Assembly (NCBI GenBank): GCA_011364965.1
Contig: RDOB01000006.1
Location: 64,001-128,000, forward strand
Source: Candidatus Heimdallarchaeota archaeon
GTDB lineage: Archaea > Asgardarchaeota > Heimdallarchaeia > Hodarchaeales > Hodarchaeaceae
DNA length: 64,000 nucleotides
Direction of reading: 5' to 3'
The notes beneath the pieces are model-generated. The model saw nothing but the letters and a program-made list of their open reading frames with translations. It did not search any database and had not been told where the DNA came from. Position 1 is the first letter of the stretch, and every line of letters begins with the position of its first letter. The translations under genes were made by a program, and so were the position numbers. Positions 47,731-56,772 of the stretch are shown here, piece by piece.

Positions 47731-49113
47731 CTATACCTCATTTAAATTCTGAAACATCATTATTGCCTGCTTTCTAGCCTTAAAATGATTTACAATTGGC
47801 CTAGGATACCCTAAATCCTTTATTGATGATTTCTCTAAATTATGGATTTCTTGAGTATCTAAGTCTCTCAATTCTGGAATATATTTTTTAATATATTCCC
47901 CTTCTGGATCGAATTTTCTTTGTTGAGTCCATGGATTAAAAATTCTGAAGTAGGGGACTGCATCGCAGCCTGTGCCACTACTCCATTGCCAATTTCCATT
48001 ATTTACGGATATATTATAGTCAATTAATCGCTGGGCAAAATATCTTTCTCCCCACTGCCAATTAATATGTAAATCTTTTGTTAAAAAGGACGCTACTATC
48101 ATACGAACACGATTATGCATGAAACCTGTTTGATTGAGTTGCCTCATTCCTGCGTCAATTATCGGAAAGCCTGTTTTTCCTTCTGTCCATAATTTAAATT
48201 TCTCTTTATCATTAAACCATTGAATTAGTCGATATTTTTCTCTGAATGAACTTTTGTATACAAAAGGGAAATGAAATCCTATATAATGATAAAAATCTCT
48301 CCAGTATAATTGTCTTAGTAACGGGATATTTCTACAATCATAGAAACGATGAAAAGTTTCTCGAATTGAAATCGTACCAAAATTTAAATGAGCAGATAGA
48401 TTCGTAGTAGATTCTTTTGCAGGAAAATCACGATCTATTTCATAGCTATCAAATTTATCGATCTTAGATAAAATCTTTAAACCAACATGCCTTCCCCCTT
48501 TGATATAAGTATGAGGGTTTGATATTAATTCATTTTTGCTATCTATAATTGCAAAATCATTGATTTTTAGAAAGTTTCCTTTTAATGGGTTTTCTTTAGG
48601 TTTTAGAACTATATTTTCAGTAGCTCTATTATAATATGGAGTAAATACAGTGTAAGGAGTGCCATCCTTTTTCAATATTGTTTCAGGCTCATTTAAAAGT
48701 AAGTCAGAGAATATTCTTAATCGTACATTTCTTTTTTGAGCCACTTCTGCTAGTAAATTGTCACGTTTTTGACTATATGGAGTGTAATCTCGATTGAGAA
48801 AAATAGAGGTAAAATTTTGTTGATGATCAGATAAAAGTCGATCTAAAATCACCCAAGGTTTTCCCTCAAATAAGAATAATTTACCTCCTACGCGTTCCAG
48901 CTGAGCTTCTAAATCCTTGATAGATTCTTGCATGAATTGTATTGCATTTTTACTTTTATTAGGACTAGTAAGAAGTAAAGAATCGTAAATAAAAACAGGT
49001 AAAACCAGATTTGAAGATTCTATTGCAGAAATTAGAGCACTATTATCATTAAGTCTTAAATCCCGCCTAAAAATAACAATAGAAGAATTATCCGAGGTTT
49101 CGTTATTCATCAT
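47731..49113 (-). CDS. phrB: Deoxyribodipyrimidine photolyase (class I photolyase/cryptochrome family)
   Basis: FRRDLRLNDN, LSAHLNFGTIS, WRDF, GKTGFPIIDAGMR, MHNRVRM, NNGNWQW. Confidence 0.93.
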   Translation of the reverse strand: MMNNETSDNSSIVIFRRDLRLNDNSALISAIESSNLVLPVFIYDSLLLTSPNKSKNAIQFMQESIKDLEAQLERVGGKLFLFEGKPWVILDRLLSDHQQNFTSIFLNRDYTPYSQKRDNLLAEVAQKRNVRLRIFSDLLLNEPETILKKDGTPYTVFTPYYNRATENIVLKPKENPLKGNFLKINDFAIIDSKNELISNPHTYIKGGRHVGLKILSKIDKFDSYEIDRDFPAKESTTNLSAHLNFGTISIRETFHRFYDCRNIPLLRQLYWRDFYHYIGFHFPFVYKSSFREKYRLIQWFNDKEKFKLWTEGKTGFPIIDAGMRQLNQTGFMHNRVRMIVASFLTKDLHINWQWGERYFAQRLIDYNISVNNGNWQWSSGTGCDAVPYFRIFNPWTQQRKFDPEGEYIKKYIPELRDLDTQEIHNLEKSSIKDLGYPRPIVNHFKARKQAIMMFQNLNEV

Positions 49114-50013
49114 CTAAATTTTCCCAATTTCAAGTAACCAATTGGCAACTTTAATAGCGCTTTGTTCTTTATCTCGTATTTCGAGCATCAGGTCAAAATC
49201 AAATTCTTCAACTTTATAGATAAACTCTTTAAATAGTTTAAGGTCAATTGAGCTGGCATGTCTTCCGATTCGTGCACTAGGTTCTTGATGACTCCAATCA
49301 ATCATAGGGATTCCATCTTCAGTATTCCAGTGATCCTGTAAAACATCTAATGATTCCACGACCGTCTCATTATTATTTTTTATTGAATGATGAAAGATGT
49401 CAAATACAACTGGAATCTCTAATTCAGTAGATATCTTTAAACAGTCTCTGTAATCAAAGGATCGGTCATCATTCTCAATCACTAATCGTTTTTTAATAAA
49501 TTCGGGTATTAGCTGAAAATTTGCAATAAATCGCTGTAGTGCCTTTTCTTTATTTCTATAAACCCCTCCCACATGAATTTGTACTTTTGCAGTTTCATCT
49601 AGGTTTAATTGCTCTAGTATCCAAGTATTCGCGTATAACTCCCTAACACTTTTCTTAACAATTTCCTCCTTAGGAGAATTTATAATTGTATATTGACCAG
49701 GGTGCATGTTAATCCTCAAAGCTAATTTTTTAATTTTTCGGCCAATTTCTATAAATAAATCCGAAAACGCATCTTCTATCTCAATCCACGGGATTGATAT
49801 GGAATGGGAAATAAAAGGGATAAAATCCGCAATTCTGTAAAAGTAAAGATGATTTTGTCCGCTAAACTCTATTGTTTTTAAAACGCATTGAAGATTGGAC
49901 TCAATTGTTTGCATAATTCTTCCTTTAGAATAGGAAGCTAAAAAAAATGATTTATCAGGTCTACAATTAATTGATGTATTTGCTGACCCAACAAATCCAA
50001 TTTTCACATGCAA
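49114..50013 (-). CDS. uvsE: UV damage repair endonuclease
   Basis: RINMHPGQY, IHVGG, LVIENDD, FDIFHH, MLEIRDKE. Confidence 0.93.
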   Translation of the reverse strand: MHVKIGFVGSANTSINCRPDKSFFLASYSKGRIMQTIESNLQCVLKTIEFSGQNHLYFYRIADFIPFISHSISIPWIEIEDAFSDLFIEIGRKIKKLALRINMHPGQYTIINSPKEEIVKKSVRELYANTWILEQLNLDETAKVQIHVGGVYRNKEKALQRFIANFQLIPEFIKKRLVIENDDRSFDYRDCLKISTELEIPVVFDIFHHSIKNNNETVVESLDVLQDHWNTEDGIPMIDWSHQEPSARIGRHASSIDLKLFKEFIYKVEEFDFDLMLEIRDKEQSAIKVANWLLEIGKI

Positions 50014-50107
50014 TTTCTCCTATTTTATTAGGTTCCTTTCTTAAAAATTGGATTTGGACTAAAATTGAATTTATTCTATTATAAAATAGATTTTCTCATC
50101 CCTTTAT

Positions 50108-50527
50108 TCACAATCCTAATTGTGTAAATATTATTCCTCCAATAACCACAGCTATTGTGATGATTAAAGCATTAATTATGGATTGGAAAATAATTTTGGT
50201 TGCTTTATTTCTATCTTTCATCTGCGATTCGTTATCTTCGATTTTTATAGTTAAGCTTAAACCACTAGAAACATTTTGTTGATGAGTAAATCCGTAAGCA
50301 GCGCAAAATTTATTTCTAGCTTGTATAAATCCGATGTTTAACATTAAAGCAGGGATAAAGATAAATATCCCTATGATTGGGTTTAATTGTATAAAATAAA
50401 TCAAACTCAAATAAGCGAAGATCGAAATTATCGTAAGAGCAAGTCCTAAATAGCCTATTCGACGCCTTTTTTCAATCTCTGCTTCTCCAATGTTACATAA
50501 TCCTGCTGTATATTGAATTTCAGACAT
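50108..50527 (-). CDS. Small membrane protein
   Basis: CNIGEAEIEKRRRIG, QARNKFCAAYG; 3 TM. Confidence 0.7.
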   Translation of the reverse strand: MSEIQYTAGLCNIGEAEIEKRRRIGYLGLALTIISIFAYLSLIYFIQLNPIIGIFIFIPALMLNIGFIQARNKFCAAYGFTHQQNVSSGLSLTIKIEDNESQMKDRNKATKIIFQSIINALIITIAVVIGGIIFTQLGL

Positions 50528-51555
50528 TATTTTACCTCGTTTCTTTTTTCTAAATAATTTTCGATTAATTTTTGTCGAATTCGACGATATTCGACTATTG
50601 GTCGATCCCCTTGGATAAGTTTTTGTCCCTGCATTTTATATACCGACTTCAAAGGGTGTTGAGTAATTACAACTCTTTTATCCTGGCCTGCAATTAATAA
50701 ATTTCCTCTCGCGCCGACTCTACCAATTATTGCACCAAGGAGAGGAATCGAAGATTTCAAATAAAACCGAAGATAGAGTAAGGTATTTTCTTCATCTATA
50801 GGAGAAAAAGCAATAAAAATTATTGTTGAATTACTTATCCTATTCATCCAGATATTAGGAAATCGAAAATATAGATATGTTTTCAGATTATCAGGAATTT
50901 CACTATATTTCAGAGGAATTGTAATTCCGTCATCTTTTACATTAAACGGTTGCACTTGGATTTCGATGAGACCATCATCTCCCTGACATTCTCTAATTCC
51001 AGGGCCATGAACCAATGTTCTATAGCCCCTACCTATAGTCCTTGAGTGTACAAAGGGGAGATGCACAACATCTAACTGATTTTCAATAACCAATGAATAA
51101 TGAACATTCCAGTGATCTATTTTTGTATAATACTTGAAATCTTTATTTAAAAGTTCCTCGAACATCGGAACAGCAGGAAGCTTCCCCTCATCCTCTGGCC
51201 ACTTACCCCAATAGATAAAAATCAGTCCACCCATCTCTCTAGTTATATAAGCCCTTTGTTTAAAGTAATGCTCGACAATAGCGTTTTTTCCTCTCGCTGG
51301 AATCACCTTCACCTCTCCAGTTTTATCATACTGAAAGCCATGAAATGGACATTCAAGGCGATGATTTATTACTTTCCCTTTTGATAGTTGAGCGCCTCGG
51401 TGGATACATTTGTCTAAAGTGCAGTGAACATCGCCATTCTGAATTCTCCAAAACACCAACTTTTCACCAAGACGGACAACTCCAATTAGTTGACCTTTTT
51501 TTACTTGTTTTGATTCTAAAACTGCATACCATTGATTAGGAATCATTTTGGACAC
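50527..51555 (-). CDS. Rieske non-heme iron oxygenase alpha subunit (VanA/KshA/PaO-like)
   Basis: CIHRG...CPFHG Rieske motif; ENQLDVVHLPFVH and QD mononuclear Fe ligands. Confidence 0.9.
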   Translation of the reverse strand: MSKMIPNQWYAVLESKQVKKGQLIGVVRLGEKLVFWRIQNGDVHCTLDKCIHRGAQLSKGKVINHRLECPFHGFQYDKTGEVKVIPARGKNAIVEHYFKQRAYITREMGGLIFIYWGKWPEDEGKLPAVPMFEELLNKDFKYYTKIDHWNVHYSLVIENQLDVVHLPFVHSRTIGRGYRTLVHGPGIRECQGDDGLIEIQVQPFNVKDDGITIPLKYSEIPDNLKTYLYFRFPNIWMNRISNSTIIFIAFSPIDEENTLLYLRFYLKSSIPLLGAIIGRVGARGNLLIAGQDKRVVITQHPLKSVYKMQGQKLIQGDRPIVEYRRIRQKLIENYLEKRNEVK

Positions 51556-51566
51556 CTATTTTAGTT

Positions 51567-52016
51567 TTAAGGACAAATCTTAACCAAAGTCTCAACTATT
51601 TCCTGCATTCGGTCAGAATAATTCCATTGAAATACATTTAGAGGGGAAAGCTCAATAGCAACCTCTGATACTCTTCGGTTCATTAAATTTCTTGCTAAGG
51701 AATTTTCAATTCCTCCTAAATAGCGATTCAGGAGTATTTTTAAAATCTCATCACCTTTAGATTCAATAATTTTTGCTTTAGCCTGTCCCCTCACCCCGCA
51801 ATAGGGAGGAGTGTCACTTGCGATCTCGAAAGCACATTTCGGGTTATAAAAAAGATATTTGATGACTTTAGCTGATTTTACGGTTGCTAAATAAATTTTT
51901 TCATCTAAATAGACATACCAGAGACTCACTATAAAGGGCCAACCTGTATTAGTAGTTCCAGATAATCTTAATGGTATTAAAGATTGAATGAGGTATTCTT
52001 TATAGGTTTCTAACAT
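51567..52016 (-). CDS. Pyridoxamine 5'-phosphate oxidase-like (split-barrel flavin-binding) protein
   Basis: GWPFIVSLWY, AKV...NPKCAF, GVRGQA. Confidence 0.8.
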   Translation of the reverse strand: MLETYKEYLIQSLIPLRLSGTTNTGWPFIVSLWYVYLDEKIYLATVKSAKVIKYLFYNPKCAFEIASDTPPYCGVRGQAKAKIIESKGDEILKILLNRYLGGIENSLARNLMNRRVSEVAIELSPLNVFQWNYSDRMQEIVETLVKICP

Positions 52017-52032
52017 TTATACTCCTCAAATT

Positions 52033-53232
52033 TTATTGATTTCCAGAAGTACTTGAATCTTTTACATTTTTAACATCCACTTTAGATATTTTTTGAATTA
52101 TAAACACAATCCCAGCACATAGGTATGCTAATGTGTACAGAACGATAGGAATCCAAAGAACCTCAAGTCGGAATAAATAAGTTAACTCTCGGCCATATCC
52201 AAATGGAAGATAAATCCAAAGAAGAAATCCTGCGAATGCTAGGAAAATTACCCATCGAAGGCTTGATTGCATTTTAAGTCCGTATAAATAGGTAAAAACA
52301 ACCATAAATATGAATCCTGACAAGAACATGGGCCACATATCTGAACTTCCTAACATGAGGGTGTTATTAATGGCTACTGCAACTGCATGAACACCAACAA
52401 ATCCTTCAAGTAAAATAATCCACTTCCGATTGAAATGAAAATTAGTATAAGATAAAGAAACTTGAATGAACAATAAGAACATGTAGAAAAATCCAGTAAG
52501 TAATTGGGGGTCATTATCCATCGGATGGAACCAAAATGTATATACTAAAGCCCAAGAAAAAACATACATGTGTAATTTCATAAAAACGTTAGCAACTTCT
52601 CGTGTAATTGGTTTACCAGCTTTTTTGCCAAGGATTATCCCTCGTTGTCTATTCTGCATGATTAAGAGAAAAACTAACATTAAGATGACTGACCCTTGGG
52701 ATGTCCAAATAGGTACATCTTGGGCTAATCCATCATACCAGATATGAGTCTGTAATAAGTGGAGATATATGAATATTCCATTTATAAGTAAGGCAATCCA
52801 ATTGTAGGTAGTAAGACCAAAGCGTGATTGTTCTCTCAATTGCGTTATATGTTTTTGAGCCCAGTAGATAAGAATCCAAAATGAAACTTGATGACTAAAA
52901 TAAAACAACCAAACAATAATTTGCGAGGTTATATCTGGAACTGGAAGTTGCCAATAGTACCACGTTGGCCCCAAATCTGGCCCCAATTCAAATCGTCGTA
53001 ATAAAGGCCCTAATATCCAAATCAGAGCAATGAAAAGTACACTGAATATTAAAGTAATAATAAAGGTATATTTTGGCATGTTTGAAGAACTTTTAACTGT
53101 AGAATCATTAAAAGACTGAATTCTCTTCTTTTCTTTCTTCTGTAAGATAAATAATCCAAAGAAGGATATAACACTAAATAAAATAGTCGTTCCTAATATA
53201 ATAATCATCTCTGAAGTTAAATCATTTGACAT
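52033..53232 (-). CDS. Uncharacterised His-rich polytopic membrane protein in the carotenoid operon
   Basis: About 11 TM; HQ, HLLQTH, FWFHP and VHAV motifs. Confidence 0.75.
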   Translation of the reverse strand: MSNDLTSEMIIILGTTILFSVISFFGLFILQKKEKKRIQSFNDSTVKSSSNMPKYTFIITLIFSVLFIALIWILGPLLRRFELGPDLGPTWYYWQLPVPDITSQIIVWLFYFSHQVSFWILIYWAQKHITQLREQSRFGLTTYNWIALLINGIFIYLHLLQTHIWYDGLAQDVPIWTSQGSVILMLVFLLIMQNRQRGIILGKKAGKPITREVANVFMKLHMYVFSWALVYTFWFHPMDNDPQLLTGFFYMFLLFIQVSLSYTNFHFNRKWIILLEGFVGVHAVAVAINNTLMLGSSDMWPMFLSGFIFMVVFTYLYGLKMQSSLRWVIFLAFAGFLLWIYLPFGYGRELTYLFRLEVLWIPIVLYTLAYLCAGIVFIIQKISKVDVKNVKDSSTSGNQ

Positions 53233-53260
53233 TGTCTATTTCACCATTTTTGTCCAAAAA

Positions 53261-54061
53261 TTATGATAAAATTCTGTTTAAAGTGTTTTTAAATCTGGTA
53301 ATGCTTCTTAAATCCGTAATTAATGTTAATCCAAAAATAATTAATATATTAGTAATAAGGAAAAAAACGAATTCTTCAATCGGTAAGATTCCTCCTAATA
53401 AAGCATTTATTGATGTAGAATTACTAATTATCCAGATTCCCTCTGAAATTGCTATGGCATCTGCGATAGCCAAGTACAGAGTCGAAATAGATATAGTAAG
53501 TATTAATTCTCTTTTGTGAGAATAAAGAATATTGGCACCATAAGTCAATTGAATAATAATTGGGGGAAATCCCCATAATACTATTAAATTTAAATATATC
53601 AAAGGTTCTATATTATTAAAAAAAGCAAATAAAGAAATAAACCAAATCATCAATAATGGGATAATAGAAAAAATCCTGATTGAGTTTAAACTGGAATTTA
53701 TCTTCTGAGTAATATCATTTCCTTTTAGCAAAATCCATCCTGAGATCAGTCCTATCAAAATAGTTTGGACCACAAAAAATGCATATTCCTCTATTGGTAC
53801 AAAACCGATTAAAATTCCCATTACTTTCTCTGGATCATAATACCATACATTATTCTCAACAAGATAATTATCCCAAGGAGTTGTATAAATTAAAGCAACT
53901 ATAATTAATATTATTATAGCAATAAATATTCTCTTCATCAATATTTTTTGCTTTTCTTCAGCTTCTTGATATCTTTTTATGTAAAAAAGAATGGTAATTA
54001 TTAAAGGAATTCCTATAAAGAGAATAAGGAAAGAAAAGTAAGTTAGCACTTTTTCTTCCAT
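53261..54061 (-). CDS. crtY: Lycopene cyclase (CrtYc/d fused, archaeal/fungal type)
   Basis: YTTPWDNYLV, two P.EE.FF motifs (VPIEEYAFF, LPIEEFVFF). Confidence 0.9.
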   Translation of the reverse strand: MEEKVLTYFSFLILFIGIPLIITILFYIKRYQEAEEKQKILMKRIFIAIIILIIVALIYTTPWDNYLVENNVWYYDPEKVMGILIGFVPIEEYAFFVVQTILIGLISGWILLKGNDITQKINSSLNSIRIFSIIPLLMIWFISLFAFFNNIEPLIYLNLIVLWGFPPIIIQLTYGANILYSHKRELILTISISTLYLAIADAIAISEGIWIISNSTSINALLGGILPIEEFVFFLITNILIIFGLTLITDLRSITRFKNTLNRILS

Positions 54062-54062
54062 C

Positions 54063-55628
54063 CTAATTGTGATTTGAATCCAATAGCTTGGAATTCAATA
54101 TAGATCCATCTCGAGAACCAAGAATTAGATCAGTTGTAACTTTTGCGCTTGAGACCACGCCAGGCAGTCCTGCTCCAGGATGTGTCCCAGCACCAACGAG
54201 ATAGAGTCCCTCGATATCCTCAGATTTGTTATGTGGACGAAACCAAGCTGATTGGGTAAATATTGGTTCCACGGAAAAACCAGTGCCTTTAAAACTATTA
54301 TAATCACGTTCAAAATCTAGGGGGGTTAATATTCGTTCTGTAACTAAATTCTCTTTCAAACCTGGTAAGTAATGTTCATCCAAAAAATCAAAGATTTTCT
54401 GTTTAAAAGGTTCAGCCAACTGTTCCCAGTCAATCTCAGAATCTTGATGAGGGACTGGAATTAAAATATAAAAGGCTTCATGGCCCTCAGGTGCTAAACT
54501 TGGGTCAGTACGAGTAGGAACATGCAGATAACTTGAGAAATCTTCTGTTAAAACTTTTCTCTTGAAAATATCTTCCAAAAGACCTTTATATCTTGGTCCT
54601 AAAATAATCGTATGATGTTTCATATCTGGATATTGTTTTTTTGTGCCAAAATATATCACTACTAAACCCATTGAATATTTTGCTTTCTTATAGCGCTTAT
54701 CACTATTCTTCTTGCGATATTTTGCGTCTATCAACCTAGTATACGTAAACGCGGGGTCAGCATTGCTTATTACGATTTTTGTAGGATAAAATTCATCTGA
54801 GATAGTTCTGACGCCAATAACTTGGTTGTTCTCAACCTCAATTTTCTTTATTTCACTATTTACTAAAATTTTTCCTCCAAGTTCTTGGAATAATTTTGCT
54901 AGCGCATGAACTAGGGCAGTGGTACCACCACGAGCAAACCATACGCCAAATTCCTTTTCAAGATATTGAATAAGGCTATAAATAGAAGGAACAGAGTAAG
55001 GATTACCCCCAATTAACAAAGGATGAAAACTATACACAATCCGAAGATTCTCATTTTTTATATATCGGGATACAAAATTATAATTAGACCTGTACGATTG
55101 TAATTTGATAAGTGAGGGAGCAACTTTCAACATTGAAGTAAATTTATGAAACGGTTCGAAAGATAGTTCTAGAAATCCTTTCTCATAAATTGGTTTGACT
55201 GCTTTTAGCATCCGTTTATATCCCTCTACATCATTAGGGTTTATTTCTTCAATTTGAGGAACATTTTTTTCTGGAGTCGAATAATCAAAAAACGTACCAT
55301 CACTAAAGTGTATTCGATAGAATGGCTCAACAGGAATTAAATCCACATAATCCGCCATTTTTCTACCCGCTAAAGTGAATAAATCTCTAAAGATGTCAGG
55401 GACAGTTATCACCGTAGGACCTGCATCAAAAGTAAAACCCTTATCATTAAATACCCGAGCACGGCCACCAACTTGATCTAATTTTTCTAGTATTATGACT
55501 TTGTACTTCCCTGTTGCTTGGAGTCTAATTCCAGCAGCCAGTCCCCCAAATCCTGATCCAATGACGATAATCGTAGAAATATTATTATTAAATAAGTCAT
55601 TAGCTTGTTTTATATAGCCATTATTCAT
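54063..55628 (-). CDS. crtI: Phytoene desaturase
   Basis: VIGSGFGGLA, FDAGPTVIT, HPLLIGGNP, QSAWFRPHN, LVGAGTHPGAGLPGV. Confidence 0.95.
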   Translation of the reverse strand: MNNGYIKQANDLFNNNISTIIVIGSGFGGLAAGIRLQATGKYKVIILEKLDQVGGRARVFNDKGFTFDAGPTVITVPDIFRDLFTLAGRKMADYVDLIPVEPFYRIHFSDGTFFDYSTPEKNVPQIEEINPNDVEGYKRMLKAVKPIYEKGFLELSFEPFHKFTSMLKVAPSLIKLQSYRSNYNFVSRYIKNENLRIVYSFHPLLIGGNPYSVPSIYSLIQYLEKEFGVWFARGGTTALVHALAKLFQELGGKILVNSEIKKIEVENNQVIGVRTISDEFYPTKIVISNADPAFTYTRLIDAKYRKKNSDKRYKKAKYSMGLVVIYFGTKKQYPDMKHHTIILGPRYKGLLEDIFKRKVLTEDFSSYLHVPTRTDPSLAPEGHEAFYILIPVPHQDSEIDWEQLAEPFKQKIFDFLDEHYLPGLKENLVTERILTPLDFERDYNSFKGTGFSVEPIFTQSAWFRPHNKSEDIEGLYLVGAGTHPGAGLPGVVSSAKVTTDLILGSRDGSILNSKLLDSNHN

Positions 55629-55693
55629 TTCGTTTGCACCTATTATTGTATCATTGTTATTTAAAACGATTTCAGCCTTTTTTTTAACTATCT

Positions 55694-55754
55694 TACATTT
55701 ATCAAAATGTATTTAAATACTTATTTCATGAAGTTAGTTCAATTCATGAAATAA
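55694..55754. promoter_or_regulatory. crtI/crtB divergent promoter with palindromic TATA-like element and candidate operator
   Basis: GTATTTAAATAC perfect palindrome 55709-55720; TTATTTCATGAA-N10-TTCATGAAATAA inverted repeat 55721-55754. Confidence 0.55.
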
Positions 55755-55770
55755 TAATGGAAGAACTAAG

Positions 55771-56715
55771 ATGTATACAACTCAAAAACCAACCGAATGG
55801 GGACTTGTTCCTGAAAATATGTTATCTAAATACAATTTACAAGAGAAAACTCTCGATGAAAGTTACCAGGTTTGTTTGGACTGGATGGCTGAGCATAGTA
55901 AATCTTTTTATTTCGCTAGTCGATTTTTACCTGATGATCAACGAAAAAGTGTTGCTGCTCTTTATGCAGTATGTCGCTTAAGTGATGACATCGTTGATGA
56001 AGCTCCCAGAGAAGTCACAATGGATCAAATTAATAGCAAACTTGATCAATTAAAGGTTACTATTGCTAAGCTCGCTAACGGATACAGTTCTACAAATCCT
56101 CTTTTACATGCTTTTGGAGATACGTTAAGAAAGCATAAGATACCAGTCAAATATATGCATGAGCTTATTGAAGGCATAAGAATGGATCTTACAAAAAATG
56201 AATATTATTCTGAAGACGAACTTGATTTGTATATGTATCGGGTAGCAAGTACTGTTGGATTGATGATGACTCACATTTTTATCAAAAATCCTCTAGAACG
56301 GACTTTAGCAAGAGCAGCAGATCTAGGTAAAGCAATGCAGTTGACCAATATTTTAAGAGATGTTAAAGAGGATTTTCTCAAGGGCCGAATATATCTTCCT
56401 AAACAGACTCGTGACGATTACCAAGTCACTCTTGACGACCTAAAGCAAAACAAAGTAAGCAAAAATCTTAAGGCGCTCATTCGATATGAATCTGAAAGAG
56501 CCAAGGCCTATTATAAGATCGCTGATCTCGGAATCGAAGAATTACCCTCAGCAGGCGCTTATACGGTGAAAGTTGCAGCTATTGTATATGGTGAAATACT
56601 TAACGAAATAAAAAGACGTAATTATGAAATTTTAAATCAAAGAGTTGTTGTTTCTAAAGTCAGAAAGGTGCTTTTGGCTACTAAAGTGCGTTTAGAATAT
56701 TTACGGAAGCTTTAG
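55771..56715 (+). CDS. crtB: Phytoene synthase
   Basis: HSKSFYFAS, DDIVDE, YMYRVASTVG, MQLTNILRDVKED, GRIYLP. Confidence 0.95.
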   Translation: MYTTQKPTEWGLVPENMLSKYNLQEKTLDESYQVCLDWMAEHSKSFYFASRFLPDDQRKSVAALYAVCRLSDDIVDEAPREVTMDQINSKLDQLKVTIAKLANGYSSTNPLLHAFGDTLRKHKIPVKYMHELIEGIRMDLTKNEYYSEDELDLYMYRVASTVGLMMTHIFIKNPLERTLARAADLGKAMQLTNILRDVKEDFLKGRIYLPKQTRDDYQVTLDDLKQNKVSKNLKALIRYESERAKAYYKIADLGIEELPSAGAYTVKVAAIVYGEILNEIKRRNYEILNQRVVVSKVRKVLLATKVRLEYLRKL

Positions 56716-56718
56716 ATA

Positions 56719-56746
56719 GTTCATAAAACAAAAATATGTCATGAAC
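56719..56746. promoter_or_regulatory. Second copy of the candidate operator, upstream of the CarH-like gene
   Basis: TTCATAAA (56720) and GTCATGAA (56738), same 18-bp offset as the TTCATGAA pair at 55725/55743. Confidence 0.45.
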
Positions 56747-56772
56747 AACAACAAAAGGAAACGAAATAGCGG

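Noticed and set aside
52033-53232. Microbial rhodopsin or Blh next to crt genes
   Set aside because: No helix-G Schiff-base Lys motif, too many TM segments, and no recognisable Blh signature; kept as unknown.
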